This document shows positions 19,140-29,486 of a stretch of 64,000 bases of DNA, in pieces. Source of the DNA: Segetibacter sp. GTDB taxonomy: Bacteria; Bacteroidota; Bacteroidia; Chitinophagales; Chitinophagaceae. The DNA is taken from NCBI GenBank assembly GCA_043736115.1, contig JAYTDC010000068.1:409-64408 (forward strand). The letters are read 5' to 3'. The notes beneath the pieces were generated by a model. The model worked only from the letters and a program-made list of their open reading frames with translations, did not search any database and was not told the DNA's origin. The translations under genes and the position numbers were made by a program. Position 1 is the stretch's first letter; each line of letters starts with the position of its first letter.

Positions 19140-20077
19140 GCCAAAAAGTATCTGTTATAGTTCCGATATTTAATGAGCAGGATAATATACCAACGCTTAT
19201 TACCGCTATTAACACCGTTTTTGAACCTCTAAATTATCAACACGAAATTATCTTTATAGACGATGGCAGTAAAGATGCTACATTAAGCGTTATTAAAGCC
19301 ATTATGCAATACGATAAGCATGTTCAATATTTATCTTTTTCAAGAAACTTTGGTCATCAGTCGGCATTAAAAGCAGGTATAGATAAAGCAGAAGGCGACT
19401 GCATTATCAGCATGGACGGAGATATGCAACACCCTCCTGAACTTATTTCTGCATTATTAAAAAAATGGGAAGAAGGATTTGACATTGTTTATACCATACG
19501 AAAAGAAGACAATAATATTTCTTACAGTAAACGAAAAACTTCTAATCTTTTTTATAGTGTATTAAGCTACTTATCAGATATAGAAATTGAAAAAGGTACA
19601 GCTGATTTCAGGCTTATTAACAGGCAGGTAGCAGAAATTATCAGGGAACTGGATAACAGCGAACAATTTCTTCGTGGTATCATAAAATGGGTAGGCTTTA
19701 ATCAGGCTTCTATTGAATATGAGCCCGCAGAAAGGTTTAGAGGCAAATCAAAGTATACCCCAAAGAAAATGATAAGGCTTGCATTAGAGGGAATCACTTC
19801 CTTCAGCATAAAGCCGCTTTATTTTGCAACTTATATTGGGATAGGGTTTTCATTACTATCACTGCTATATCTTCCTTATGCTTTGTATAGCTACTATTTT
19901 GGACATGCAATTTCCGGCTGGACATCTGTAATTGTTACCATTGCATTTTTTGGAGGTTTGCAATTAATGATATTGGGCATTCTAGGCCTTTATCTTGGTA
20001 AACTATTTATGGTAAGCAAACGAAGACCATCTTATATTGTAAAAGAAACTTCATTAAAAGAAGATAATAACAAGTAA
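19136..20077 (+). CDS. GT2 glycosyltransferase (GtrB/ArnC-like, polyprenol-phosphate type)
   Basis: SVIVPIFNE, IDDGS.D, FSRNFGHQ, MDGDMQHPPE, DFRL; two C-terminal TM helices; 4-nt overlap with the upstream gene. Confidence 0.92.
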   Translation: MSQKVSVIVPIFNEQDNIPTLITAINTVFEPLNYQHEIIFIDDGSKDATLSVIKAIMQYDKHVQYLSFSRNFGHQSALKAGIDKAEGDCIISMDGDMQHPPELISALLKKWEEGFDIVYTIRKEDNNISYSKRKTSNLFYSVLSYLSDIEIEKGTADFRLINRQVAEIIRELDNSEQFLRGIIKWVGFNQASIEYEPAERFRGKSKYTPKKMIRLALEGITSFSIKPLYFATYIGIGFSLLSLLYLPYALYSYYFGHAISGWTSVIVTIAFFGGLQLMILGILGLYLGKLFMVSKRRPSYIVKETSLKEDNNK

Positions 20078-20135
20078 CATAATCCTGATTTTAGTTATAA
20101 AAATTATTCTAAAAAGGCAATCAATAACACGACTA

Positions 20136-20918
20136 ATGAAAGATCGCTTTATACTTTTAGGATTTGACCTTGAGGAATTTGATATGCCGCTGGAATACAA
20201 TAGACCCATATCTTTTGAAGATCAATTACGATATACAGACGAAGGTATGAGTGCTATAATGCCAGTACTTAATTTGCATAATACAATAGTTACTTTTTTT
20301 ACAACTGCGCAATATGCCTTACAAAGAAAACTGCTTATAAAAACACTTGCAAAAACTAATGAAATAGCATCGCACACCTTTTATCATACAGCATTTGAAG
20401 AAAGCCATTTGCTACAATCAAGATTGGTGCTTGAAGAAATTTCTGAATCAAAAGTTGAAGGGTTAAGAATGCCCCGAATGAGAAAGGTATCCTTGGATGC
20501 GGTAAAACATGCGGGTTACTTTTATGATTCATCGGTACATCCTACAATATTACCCGGCAGATATAACAATTTAGACAAACCAAGAACTTTGTATAGAGAA
20601 GAGGGGTTGATACGCTTGCCCGCCTCAGTATCACCCACTTTTAGAATACCATTATTTTGGTTGGCATTTAAAAACTTTCCGTTAGCTATTTATAAAAGTA
20701 TTGCCAAACAAACATTAGCCAAAGATGGATATCTCTGTCTCTATTATCATCCCTGGGAATTTACAAATCTTATTCATTCGGGCATACCAAAATATACACG
20801 AACTATAGACGGTGCAGCATTTACTGAGATGCTTGAACAACTTATTGTCTTTTTAAAACGGGAAGGAGAATTTGTAAAAACTGTTGACTTTGTTAGAGCA
20901 AATTCTACTAGGATATAA
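20136..20918 (+). CDS. Polysaccharide deacetylase family (CE4-like) protein
   Basis: FDLEEF, SHTFYH, R.PRM, YDSS, YYHPWEF. Confidence 0.85.
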   Translation: MKDRFILLGFDLEEFDMPLEYNRPISFEDQLRYTDEGMSAIMPVLNLHNTIVTFFTTAQYALQRKLLIKTLAKTNEIASHTFYHTAFEESHLLQSRLVLEEISESKVEGLRMPRMRKVSLDAVKHAGYFYDSSVHPTILPGRYNNLDKPRTLYREEGLIRLPASVSPTFRIPLFWLAFKNFPLAIYKSIAKQTLAKDGYLCLYYHPWEFTNLIHSGIPKYTRTIDGAAFTEMLEQLIVFLKREGEFVKTVDFVRANSTRI

Positions 20919-20952
20919 TATGTGTACAGTTGAACGTAATAAATGTAAATAC

Positions 20953-20985
20953 AAAAAAATCCCGACTGCATTTTAACAATCGGGA
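20953..20985 (-). terminator. Intrinsic terminator for the 21007-21267 gene
   Basis: On the minus strand ttcccgattg-loop-cagtcggga followed by Ts. Confidence 0.65.
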
Positions 20986-21006
20986 ACTCGCAATATTAAT
21001 AAAAAA

Positions 21007-21267
21007 CTATGCTGCTTTCTTAACTGCAGGTTGATTTTTCTTAAAACGTTTATCTGGTGTACCATCCTTTTTCAAAGGACCTTCAGCAGGCTTAGCAGCT
21101 TTGAAGCGCTTATCAGGTGTACCATCTTTCTTTAATTTTGTTGCTTTAGACTGCTTTAAAGATTTTTCAATAGTAGTAACCTCTTTTTTAGATTGCATAT
21201 TTGGTTGTGCAAAAGTTACAGTAGCTAGTACAATAAAACACAGTATTAAGGAAGCAATTTTTTTCAT
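21007..21267 (-). CDS. Small secreted basic protein with two LKKDGTPDKRFK motifs
   Basis: Signal peptide MKKIASLILCFIVLATVTFAQ; Lys-rich; internal duplication. Confidence 0.8.
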   Translation of the reverse strand: MKKIASLILCFIVLATVTFAQPNMQSKKEVTTIEKSLKQSKATKLKKDGTPDKRFKAAKPAEGPLKKDGTPDKRFKKNQPAVKKAA

Positions 21268-21348
21268 TTTTTATGATTTTAGAATTGAAAATTAAACCAA
21301 TTAAATTAATGAAATGTTATAGTATTAACGAATTAAAATTAAATAAAA

Positions 21349-22776
21349 TTAATCGCTTGATTTATAAATTACTTTATAAATATTTTGTGTCTTTCCTGTC
21401 ACTTTAAACCTATCATCAATTCTTTGATTTACAATCCAAACTATTTTTTTGTTAGATTCAATCACCCAAATATTTTCTTTTTCTGTTAATGATAACTTTT
21501 GATCTATTAAAAAACGACTCACTTTTTTCTTTTTTTGCATACCCAAAGGGTAAAAATAATCACCCTTTTGCCACTTGCGGAGCAACAAAGGAAATGTCAA
21601 AAGCGATGCATCAATCGCAGCTTCATATCTAACTTTTGTTATAAAATAATTTTCATTGTTGATGTTAACCTGAAGTATTAATTCGCCTCCGGCAAAAGAA
21701 ACATTTTTGTCAGATTGATTTATTATTATCTGATTATTTGAAACATTCTCTAGTTTAGATATGATCAACCATTTTCTATTCTTAATGATGCGATGAGTGG
21801 ACGAATCAATGTAACTACTGTTATCTGCGTTCATCAATTTTATTACTTCATTAATCTGGGCCGTTGTAAAAGTTTTGTGCTTTAATATTTCCCATAAAAT
21901 AGTTTTAAACGAAAGTTGTTTTTGTAGCTTTAAAACTGGAATGTGTTCTTCATCCCCTTTTATTTCTACTAACTTTTTTTTTATTTTAATTACTGATTCA
22001 TCATACAATGCCGCAACTTCATTTAACCGATCAATATTATTAAGGATATTTTCTTCAGCACGGGGAAATACTTTTTGAACAGCTGGCAACAATTCATTTC
22101 TGAAATAATTGCGGGTGTAATAATTATTAGCATTAGAAGAATCTTCTACAAAGGACAATTTATTTTCACTTGCATAATTTAATATTTCAACTTTTCTGAA
22201 GGGCAACATTGGCCTAAAGATTTTGTCATTTACATCAAGCATGCCGGTAAGACCGTACAAGCCTGTACCCCGAAAGAAGTTCATAACAACAGTTTCAATA
22301 TTGTCATCTGCATGATGCGCTGTAAGAATATAACAATCGAGATTAGGAATGTTTTCTTCTGTTTTAGCAGTAAGAGCAACCTCTTCTATGTTCTCGTTAA
22401 ATGAAGTTGTAATACTTATATTACTAACTATTTTCTGTCTTACACTATTAAACCAATTATATCTTAAATTACGTGCCGCTACTTGTATAGAAATGTTATG
22501 CTCCTTTGCATATTCGGCAGTATCAAAACGTGCCGTTATAACATCTTTGCTATAAACCTTTCCCAGCTCCCTAACAAATAACTCGTCTCTATTACTTTCT
22601 TCATTTCTTAACTGAAAATTGCAATGCAGCATAACAAACTCATAACCCGCTTTGTGCATAAGGTCACACAGTACAACGCTATCAACACCCCCACTTACAG
22701 CTACAAGTTGCTTTACATTTTTATCAATAAATGAAAACGTTTTTAGATGTTGTATAAATTTTTGTAGCAGACTCAT
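21349..22776 (-). CDS. tilS: tRNA(Ile)-lysidine synthetase
   Basis: AVSGGVDS, HCNFQLR, AARNLRY, TAHHADD, RPML, YTRNYFR, C-terminal LRKW..GD.F.P.GM; start at MSLLQKF. Confidence 0.95.
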   Translation of the reverse strand: MSLLQKFIQHLKTFSFIDKNVKQLVAVSGGVDSVVLCDLMHKAGYEFVMLHCNFQLRNEESNRDELFVRELGKVYSKDVITARFDTAEYAKEHNISIQVAARNLRYNWFNSVRQKIVSNISITTSFNENIEEVALTAKTEENIPNLDCYILTAHHADDNIETVVMNFFRGTGLYGLTGMLDVNDKIFRPMLPFRKVEILNYASENKLSFVEDSSNANNYYTRNYFRNELLPAVQKVFPRAEENILNNIDRLNEVAALYDESVIKIKKKLVEIKGDEEHIPVLKLQKQLSFKTILWEILKHKTFTTAQINEVIKLMNADNSSYIDSSTHRIIKNRKWLIISKLENVSNNQIIINQSDKNVSFAGGELILQVNINNENYFITKVRYEAAIDASLLTFPLLLRKWQKGDYFYPLGMQKKKKVSRFLIDQKLSLTEKENIWVIESNKKIVWIVNQRIDDRFKVTGKTQNIYKVIYKSSD

Positions 22777-22835
22777 TGGCGCATAGGTCATACGTAGTTT
22801 ATTGCTTTAAACAAAGGTTTTGTAAATGTTACTTT

Positions 22836-24500
22836 TTAATTTTTCTTAACCTCTTTAGCAAAAGAATCTTTCAATGTTACGGTACGATTAAAAACTAATT
22901 TATCCTCGCCACTACTCTCATCAAGACAGAAGTAACCTTTTCTTAGGAACTGATAACGTTCATCAAATTTTGCAGTTTTAAGCGAAGGTTCAATATACAC
23001 ATTGGATAATATCTTTAAGCTATCAGGATTTATATAATCTTTAAAATCACCTTCTTCCTGTCCGGGGTTTTCTACTTTAAATAATCTGTCGTACAACCTT
23101 ACTTCCGCTGAATGTGCATGTATAACACTTACCCAATGTAAAGTGCCTTTTACATTTAAACCGCTTGTATCATGACCGCTCTTACTCTCCGGGATATATT
23201 CAGCATAAATCTCACTTACATTTCCCGTATCATCTTTTTTAAACCCTGTACATTTTACAATGTAAGCATGCTTTAGCCGAACCATAAGACCCGGTGCAAG
23301 TCGAAAATATTTCTTAGCAGCTTCTTCCATAAAATCGTCACGCTCTATCCACAATGCCTTGCTAAATGGCAATATTCGTGTACCGCCACCCCCCTCAACT
23401 TCGGGGTTATTTTCACCTTCTAATTCTTCTACCTGCCCATCAGGGTAATTGGTTATGATTAATTTTACCGGATCTAAAACAGCCATACGTCTCAATGAAG
23501 ATTTGTTAAGATCTTCACGTACACAAAACTCCAACAGGCTTAATTCAATTAGGTTTTCACGTTTTTGAACACCAATTTTTTCACAAAAATTGCGAATGCT
23601 TTCGGGTGTATATCCACGCCTTCTGAATGCTGCAATTGTTGGCATACGGGGGTCATTCCACGATTCTACTATTTTTTCATTTACCAGTTGCAGCAACCGT
23701 CGCTTACTCATAACTGTATAGCTAAGATTTAATCGTGCAAACTCATACTGATGGGTGGGAAATATTTCAAGCTTTTCAATAAACCAATCGTACAACTCTC
23801 TGTGTGGTATAAATTCTAAAGTACAAATTGAGTGTGTTATTTCTTCTATACTATCGCTTTGTCCATGTGCAAAATCATACATTGGATAGATGCACCACTT
23901 ATCGCCTGTACGGTGGTGGTGTGCACGTTTAATGCGATACATCAGCGGATCTCTCATGTGCATATTGGGGCTTGCCAAATCAATCTTAGCCCTTAGTACT
24001 TTTGAGCCATCTTCAAAAGCACCATCCTTCATTTTTGCAAAAAGTTCAAGGTTTTCATACACACTGCGGTTGCGAAATTCATTGCCTTTACCAGGTTCTG
24101 TAGGCGTACCCTTTTGCGCAGCTATTTCTTCGGGTGAACTATCATCAACGTAAGCAAGTTCTTTCTTGATAAGGTTAACAGCATACTCATACAGCTTTTC
24201 AAAATAGTCAGAAGCATAGAGTTCATTTGCCCAGGTAAACCCAAGCCATTTTACATCTTCTTTTATACTGTCCACATATTCTATATCTTCTTTTACGGGA
24301 TTAGTGTCGTCGAAACGTAAGTTTGTTTTGCCGCCGTACCTAAGTGCCAGTCCAAAATTTAAGCAAATGCTTTTGGCATGTCCTATATGCAGATAGCCAT
24401 TTGGCTCAGGGGGAAATCGTGTAACAATGCTCTTATATTTACCGGAAGCCAGGTCTGCTTCTACTATTTCTTCTAAAAAGTTTAAACTTTTTTCTTCCAT
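22836..24500 (-). CDS. glnS: Glutamine--tRNA ligase
   Basis: RFPPEPNGYLHIGH, RFDDTNP, THSICTLEF, VMSKR, WNDPRMPT; start at MEEKSLNF. Confidence 0.97.
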   Translation of the reverse strand: MEEKSLNFLEEIVEADLASGKYKSIVTRFPPEPNGYLHIGHAKSICLNFGLALRYGGKTNLRFDDTNPVKEDIEYVDSIKEDVKWLGFTWANELYASDYFEKLYEYAVNLIKKELAYVDDSSPEEIAAQKGTPTEPGKGNEFRNRSVYENLELFAKMKDGAFEDGSKVLRAKIDLASPNMHMRDPLMYRIKRAHHHRTGDKWCIYPMYDFAHGQSDSIEEITHSICTLEFIPHRELYDWFIEKLEIFPTHQYEFARLNLSYTVMSKRRLLQLVNEKIVESWNDPRMPTIAAFRRRGYTPESIRNFCEKIGVQKRENLIELSLLEFCVREDLNKSSLRRMAVLDPVKLIITNYPDGQVEELEGENNPEVEGGGGTRILPFSKALWIERDDFMEEAAKKYFRLAPGLMVRLKHAYIVKCTGFKKDDTGNVSEIYAEYIPESKSGHDTSGLNVKGTLHWVSVIHAHSAEVRLYDRLFKVENPGQEEGDFKDYINPDSLKILSNVYIEPSLKTAKFDERYQFLRKGYFCLDESSGEDKLVFNRTVTLKDSFAKEVKKN

Positions 24501-24600
24501 CATAAAATTAATCACTTGAAATACAAATATAATGGACAATGAGAGAGTGGCAACCAGCAAAGGAAAACTTGATATACACAGCAGAGAAAATGTGGTATTC

Positions 24601-25728
24601 TTATGTTACACTATCCTCTACTAACTTTTCTGACACCGATTCTTTTTTATGACGACGTCGCAGCAATAGTATCTGACCCTTATGTCGGGTTGGTACTTCA
24701 TCCCCTAGCAGTTTTCCCCAGGGACGTAATTCTTCTATGCGGTCAAAGATAATCTTTAAGATTGCTACCAGAGGTATAGCAAGAAACATCCCACTTACAC
24801 CCCACATTGCACCACCTAACAATACAATAATAATAGAAAAAAGTGCATTTATCTGCACCTTTGAAGACACAATTCTTGGCACTATAATATTGTTATCTAT
24901 AAACTGAATTACAAGGTAAACGATGATTACACCGAGTTGGGTAGAGTATCCTTCCTTTGTAATTGTTGCCATTAAAATAGGTAGTGCAATAGCTATAATG
25001 CCACCTATGTAAGGTATCATATTTAATAATGCCCCAATTACACCAATTAAAACAGCATACTTAACGCCAAGCATTATTAGTGCTGCAGAATTTAAAATGG
25101 CTATAATAAGGGCTTCTAACAATAAACCTACCATAAAACTCTGGATAGCAGTTTTAGTCTGATCCAATATAGCCCGGACTTTTACACTATTATCTTCTGA
25201 AAAAACTTCAAAAAGAAAGTTGAGAATAAGAGACTTGTAAAACAAAAATAGAAACGTGTAAACAGGCAATAAAAAAACAACACTCAAAGTTCCCAAAGCA
25301 GTCCCTAAGGTAGTTCCAATGAGTGCATTCCCCCCCGCCATAGCATCATTAAGTAATTGAACCTGCTTTTGAATGGCTATTCCAAACCGAGCCTGTAGCC
25401 ATACTTGTAACTCATGCAATAGGCTTCCAAGTTTGGCTTTTAAAAGTGGGAGATTATCTACTAATCCTGCTATTTGCGAAGAAAGAAAATAGAATATACT
25501 ACTTACAAATATAATACTGACTAACAATGCAATACTAATTGCCCAAAAATTAGATATTCCAAAACGCTTAAGCTTATTGACAGCAGGGTTAAGTAATATG
25601 GCTATTATAGCTGAAAATGCGAGGGGTACCAATATATTTCTTAAATTCATAAGTATATATACTGATAAAACTAAGCCTAATAGCACCACTGTACTCTTAA
25701 TATAAAAGGGATATTCTTTTTTTACCAT
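24601..25728 (-). CDS. AI-2E family transporter
   Basis: Multi-TM; LNPAV, NMIPYIG, QFIDNNIIVPRIV, WGVSGMFLAIP. Confidence 0.92.
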   Translation of the reverse strand: MVKKEYPFYIKSTVVLLGLVLSVYILMNLRNILVPLAFSAIIAILLNPAVNKLKRFGISNFWAISIALLVSIIFVSSIFYFLSSQIAGLVDNLPLLKAKLGSLLHELQVWLQARFGIAIQKQVQLLNDAMAGGNALIGTTLGTALGTLSVVFLLPVYTFLFLFYKSLILNFLFEVFSEDNSVKVRAILDQTKTAIQSFMVGLLLEALIIAILNSAALIMLGVKYAVLIGVIGALLNMIPYIGGIIAIALPILMATITKEGYSTQLGVIIVYLVIQFIDNNIIVPRIVSSKVQINALFSIIIVLLGGAMWGVSGMFLAIPLVAILKIIFDRIEELRPWGKLLGDEVPTRHKGQILLLRRRHKKESVSEKLVEDSVT

Positions 25729-26600
25729 AAACGTGTTGATTAAATAATTATACCAATATAAAACACCTCATCGAATACACAGTTTATTAGGTTGAATTAC
25801 TAAGTCAGACGGTTTAATTATGATTTAAATGCTGTTTAAGCTTTTATTGTATTTATTGATTGTTTTCATATTGGAAATTTGCAATTTTTAAAATTAAAGT
25901 AGTCTTTATTCTTACACCATTTATATATTTTGGGCAATGATAATTGTAAATGTTGTATAATATTATAACAACTAGAAATAACATAAAATCTATCCCAAAA
26001 GAGGAATATGGGATAATTGTGGTTATTACTGACTTTAAAGATGCTTAAAAAAAATTTAAACCAATAGAATACCTTGATTTTAGATTAAGAAATAAGGGCT
26101 TTTTGCGAGTGCATTAATGTAAATTTTAAGAGGTATTGGAGAAGGCCAACAATTTAAGTTAGGTTAAGTTCCAAAAAAATTCGCTTTAAGCTTAATTTTT
26201 TGAGATAGTCACAAAATAACAAGAAAGAAACCTGTTACCGTTTAAAGAACTATTAAAAAATAAATAGCAATTATAAAGAAACAGAAATCTATTTAATGTT
26301 TCATTAATCTGAATTAAAAGAGTAAATAAAATAGAATTAAACTTAACTATAGTTCATATAGAACCCTGAACTATTTTAATATTGTTGATAAATCTATAAA
26401 GCAATTGCAGAAATATATAAGTTGAACAAAATAATATAATTGCTTCTTCTATTTTTAAAATTAAATCCGGAAATGCAAAAGACTGTTACTTAAAAAAATA
26501 ATTTATAGTTTATTATTTGGTTCAATTTACAATAAAACAATGCTGCAATAAGGGAAAGGGAGAAAACATGAGGAAATCATTTAGCTGAATAGGTTTAACT

Positions 26601-26626
26601 AAAAAAGCCCCTCTACTGAGGGGCTT
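26601..26626 (-). terminator. Intrinsic terminator of the ECF sigma gene
   Basis: aagcccctc-tact-gaggggctt with a poly-A run on the + strand (poly-U on the - strand). Confidence 0.85.
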
Positions 26627-26656
26627 GTATGTGGGGATTGAATAGGCGTGTTTATT

Positions 26657-27232
26657 CTAATACATATTTATAACCATTGCCTTTTTATTATTATTAGTAC
26701 CACTAATTAATGTACGTAACAATGCTTTAGCCCTTGAAAACTGTGACTTGCTTGTGCTTTCTGTAATACCCAGTCTGCTAGCAATTTCTTTGTGTGAATA
26801 ACCTTCAACAGCATACATATTGAAAACAGTACGATAACCATCGCTTAAAGTACGGGATGTAGTTAGCAGATCCTTTTCATATAGATTGTCCAGGGCACTT
26901 TGGCGTTTATCGACAATGCTGTTTTCTAAACCTTCGCCAACAGCAGTATTCAGGTTTTTACGACGGATGTGCTCAATTGCAGTGTTTACAAATATGCGTC
27001 TTACCCAACCCTCAAAAGATCCTTCACCACGAAAACGGTTTAAATTATTAAACAGTTTTACAAATCCTTCCTGAAGAATATCTTCAGCATCCATTTGGTT
27101 TTTTGAGTAACGCAAACAAATAGCAAACATTTTTCCGGAGAAACGGTCGTAAAGGGCTTTTTGACTTTTTCTATCCCCGTTGATGCAATTTTCGATTAAG
27201 TGGCTTTCGCTTAGAGTAAAGTTAGTGTTCAT
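26657..27232 (-). CDS. ECF sigma-70 factor
   Basis: AEDILQEGF, SFEGWVRRIFVN, R.VFNMY..EGYSHKEIA..LGI...TSKSQ.SRA. Confidence 0.93.
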   Translation of the reverse strand: MNTNFTLSESHLIENCINGDRKSQKALYDRFSGKMFAICLRYSKNQMDAEDILQEGFVKLFNNLNRFRGEGSFEGWVRRIFVNTAIEHIRRKNLNTAVGEGLENSIVDKRQSALDNLYEKDLLTTSRTLSDGYRTVFNMYAVEGYSHKEIASRLGITESTSKSQFSRAKALLRTLISGTNNNKKAMVINMY

Positions 27233-27554
27233 ATCTTTGTGGTTTAGAAACCCTATCTAACCACGCAAATGCCAAATGATAATGTATTGATTTTAAGCTA
27301 GCTTAAAAAAAGATAAAAATTATAATATTTCCCTTATTTGTATTAATGTTCCAGAATGGGAAACCATAGAATCAAATTACCCTTTTATGGGTCAATTTTT
27401 ATTGTATTCCTTTGTTATTAGCAATTGACAGGGAGAAAGAGGTAGGTATAACCAGGCTTTCAATTTATTTCTTCAATTTTTATTGTTTATTATTCTTTTG
27501 TTATAACTTTTCAATCATTATACTCAACAATAAAGAATTTTAAAACCAAAACAC

Positions 27555-28388
27555 GTGATAATAATAGCTGACAGTGGATCTACAAAATGTGAATGGTGTC
27601 TTATAAATAATGGAAAAAAGAAAACGATTGTTACTACTGGAATAAGTCCGTATTTTTTATCAAAACAACAAATAACTGAACTGCTGCAATCAGAGCTTGT
27701 ACCCAAATTAGGTCATTTACAACCTGAATTCATTCATTATTATGGAACGGGTTTATCTGATACTAAAAATGCAACACTTTTAAAAGGAATTTTAAAATCT
27801 ATTTTTCCAAATGCAATTATAAATATTGCCTCTGATCTTATTGCTGCAGCCCGGGCTTTATGTGGCAACAATAAAGGTATTGTTTGCATATTGGGTACCG
27901 GTTCAAATTCATGTTATTACAATGGAAAAAATATTGTAAAGAACAGTCCGGGTTTAGGTTATGTATTAGGAGATGAGGGTAGCGGAGCCTACTTAGGTAA
28001 AAAGGTTGTACAATACTTTCTGTATAAAACATTTGACGATGAGCTTGAAACCCAATTCAATATAAAATATGGTGTTACAAAACATGACATTTTAAATAGT
28101 GTATATAAGCAACCGTACCCCAATAGATATCTGGCCAATTTCACGCATTTTCTTTCTGAGAATCGTGGACACTATATGATTGAAAATATTCTGGAAGATG
28201 GTATTAATGATTTCTTTTTTACCCATTTGAATAAATATTCTCAAAGCTGGGTAACACCTATCAATTTTACAGGTAGTGTTGCATTTACATTTAGAGATGT
28301 TATAAAGGATTTGTGCCAAAGCTACCAATTAGAAATGGGCAAAATAGTTAAAACTCCCATGACCGGATTAATTCAATATCATTCTTGA
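27555..28388 (+). CDS. BadF/BadG-type sugar kinase (N-acetylglucosamine kinase-like)
   Basis: IADSGSTK, YYGTG, ILGTGSNSC, LGDEGSGA; GTG start. Confidence 0.9.
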   Translation: MIIIADSGSTKCEWCLINNGKKKTIVTTGISPYFLSKQQITELLQSELVPKLGHLQPEFIHYYGTGLSDTKNATLLKGILKSIFPNAIINIASDLIAAARALCGNNKGIVCILGTGSNSCYYNGKNIVKNSPGLGYVLGDEGSGAYLGKKVVQYFLYKTFDDELETQFNIKYGVTKHDILNSVYKQPYPNRYLANFTHFLSENRGHYMIENILEDGINDFFFTHLNKYSQSWVTPINFTGSVAFTFRDVIKDLCQSYQLEMGKIVKTPMTGLIQYHS

Positions 28389-28399
28389 AACATCACTAG

Positions 28400-28648
28400 T
28401 TACATCATAGGAATCTTAGTTTTTATTGTATCAGGATCATCACCAATTGTAGGTTCAACATCGGGATAATCATCGTCATCATCATCGTCATCATCATCTT
28501 TTTTACCAGGATGTTTACCCGGTTGTACTCCAGGTTCTTCTTCTGGCAAGTTATCGGGTTCTACCTCGGGTTTTTCTTTTGGATCTATCCCGGGTGTTTC
28601 TACCGGCGTTTCCAATTGTATGTCATTTACCACAAAAATATTATTCAT
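28400..28648 (-). CDS. Small acidic Pro/Glu/Asp-rich hypothetical protein
   Basis: 82-aa ORF with a D9 run and PE repeats, co-directional with the DUF4142 gene. Confidence 0.6.
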   Translation of the reverse strand: MNNIFVVNDIQLETPVETPGIDPKEKPEVEPDNLPEEEPGVQPGKHPGKKDDDDDDDDDDYPDVEPTIGDDPDTIKTKIPMM

Positions 28649-28705
28649 AACATTCTATTTGAAATTTAAAAAATAATACACCAATTCAAAAATATTTAAA
28701 TAAAA

Positions 28706-29341
28706 TTATTTCATTTTTTCCTGAATTTCTTTAATTTTCTTTTGGTGCTTCTTTAAGGTTAGCAGGGTAGCAGTAGCAAAACTTTTTACCTCATTATCAT
28801 TCCCCCTACTTATTTCATCTTCAAACTTTGCAATATCCTGATTGTGATCAGCAACCATCATATTTAAATAGGCTTCATCAAAATCTTTACCTTTCATTGC
28901 TTTCATTAGGTTCATATGTTGCAGCCCTTTATCGTCTAAAGAGGATGGTATTTTAATACCTTTTTTTGAGGCTAAAATTTTAAGTTCGTTATTTGCTTTG
29001 GTATGGTCTGTAACCATCATTTGACCAAGGTCCTTTAGAAGGACTGAAGATGAGTTTGTGGCAGCTAATTTCCCCATTGCTACTTCTAAAACCCCTCCTT
29101 TAGCTGCTTCAATTACAAAACTTTGATCATTTTGCTCATTACCTGAATCAGATGTACCATTCATCTCATTAAGGGAATCCTTCATGGTGGTACCAACATT
29201 TATATCTCCCGACATAACAGCCCCCGTGTCATTAATACTTTTTCCTGTACTGTCTGTTGTTATAGTATTATCATTACCAACACACCCTACAACTAAAACC
29301 AATAAAACAAGGAAGTATAATTGAATTGTGATGTTTTTCAT
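28706..29341 (-). CDS. DUF4142 domain lipoprotein
   Basis: Lipobox-like VVGC; EVAMGKLA, MVTDHTKAN.EL..LA, FD.AY...MV.DH. Confidence 0.88.
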   Translation of the reverse strand: MKNITIQLYFLVLLVLVVGCVGNDNTITTDSTGKSINDTGAVMSGDINVGTTMKDSLNEMNGTSDSGNEQNDQSFVIEAAKGGVLEVAMGKLAATNSSSVLLKDLGQMMVTDHTKANNELKILASKKGIKIPSSLDDKGLQHMNLMKAMKGKDFDEAYLNMMVADHNQDIAKFEDEISRGNDNEVKSFATATLLTLKKHQKKIKEIQEKMK

Positions 29342-29486
29342 AATTATTTGATTTTAAGTAAAAACAAATAAGTTGAAAAAACTATGCCATAGGAGATGCA
29401 ACTAATCTAAAATTAATAAAGTAATTACTAAGAAATAGCGTAATAACAATTTTAAAACTTTATTTAAAAAATGCTTTTGTAAAATC

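Noticed and set aside
25829-25891. 20-aa hydrophobic ORF (MLFKLLLYLLIVFILEICNF)
   Set aside because: Such short hydrophobic ORFs arise by chance in T-rich DNA; no supporting signal.
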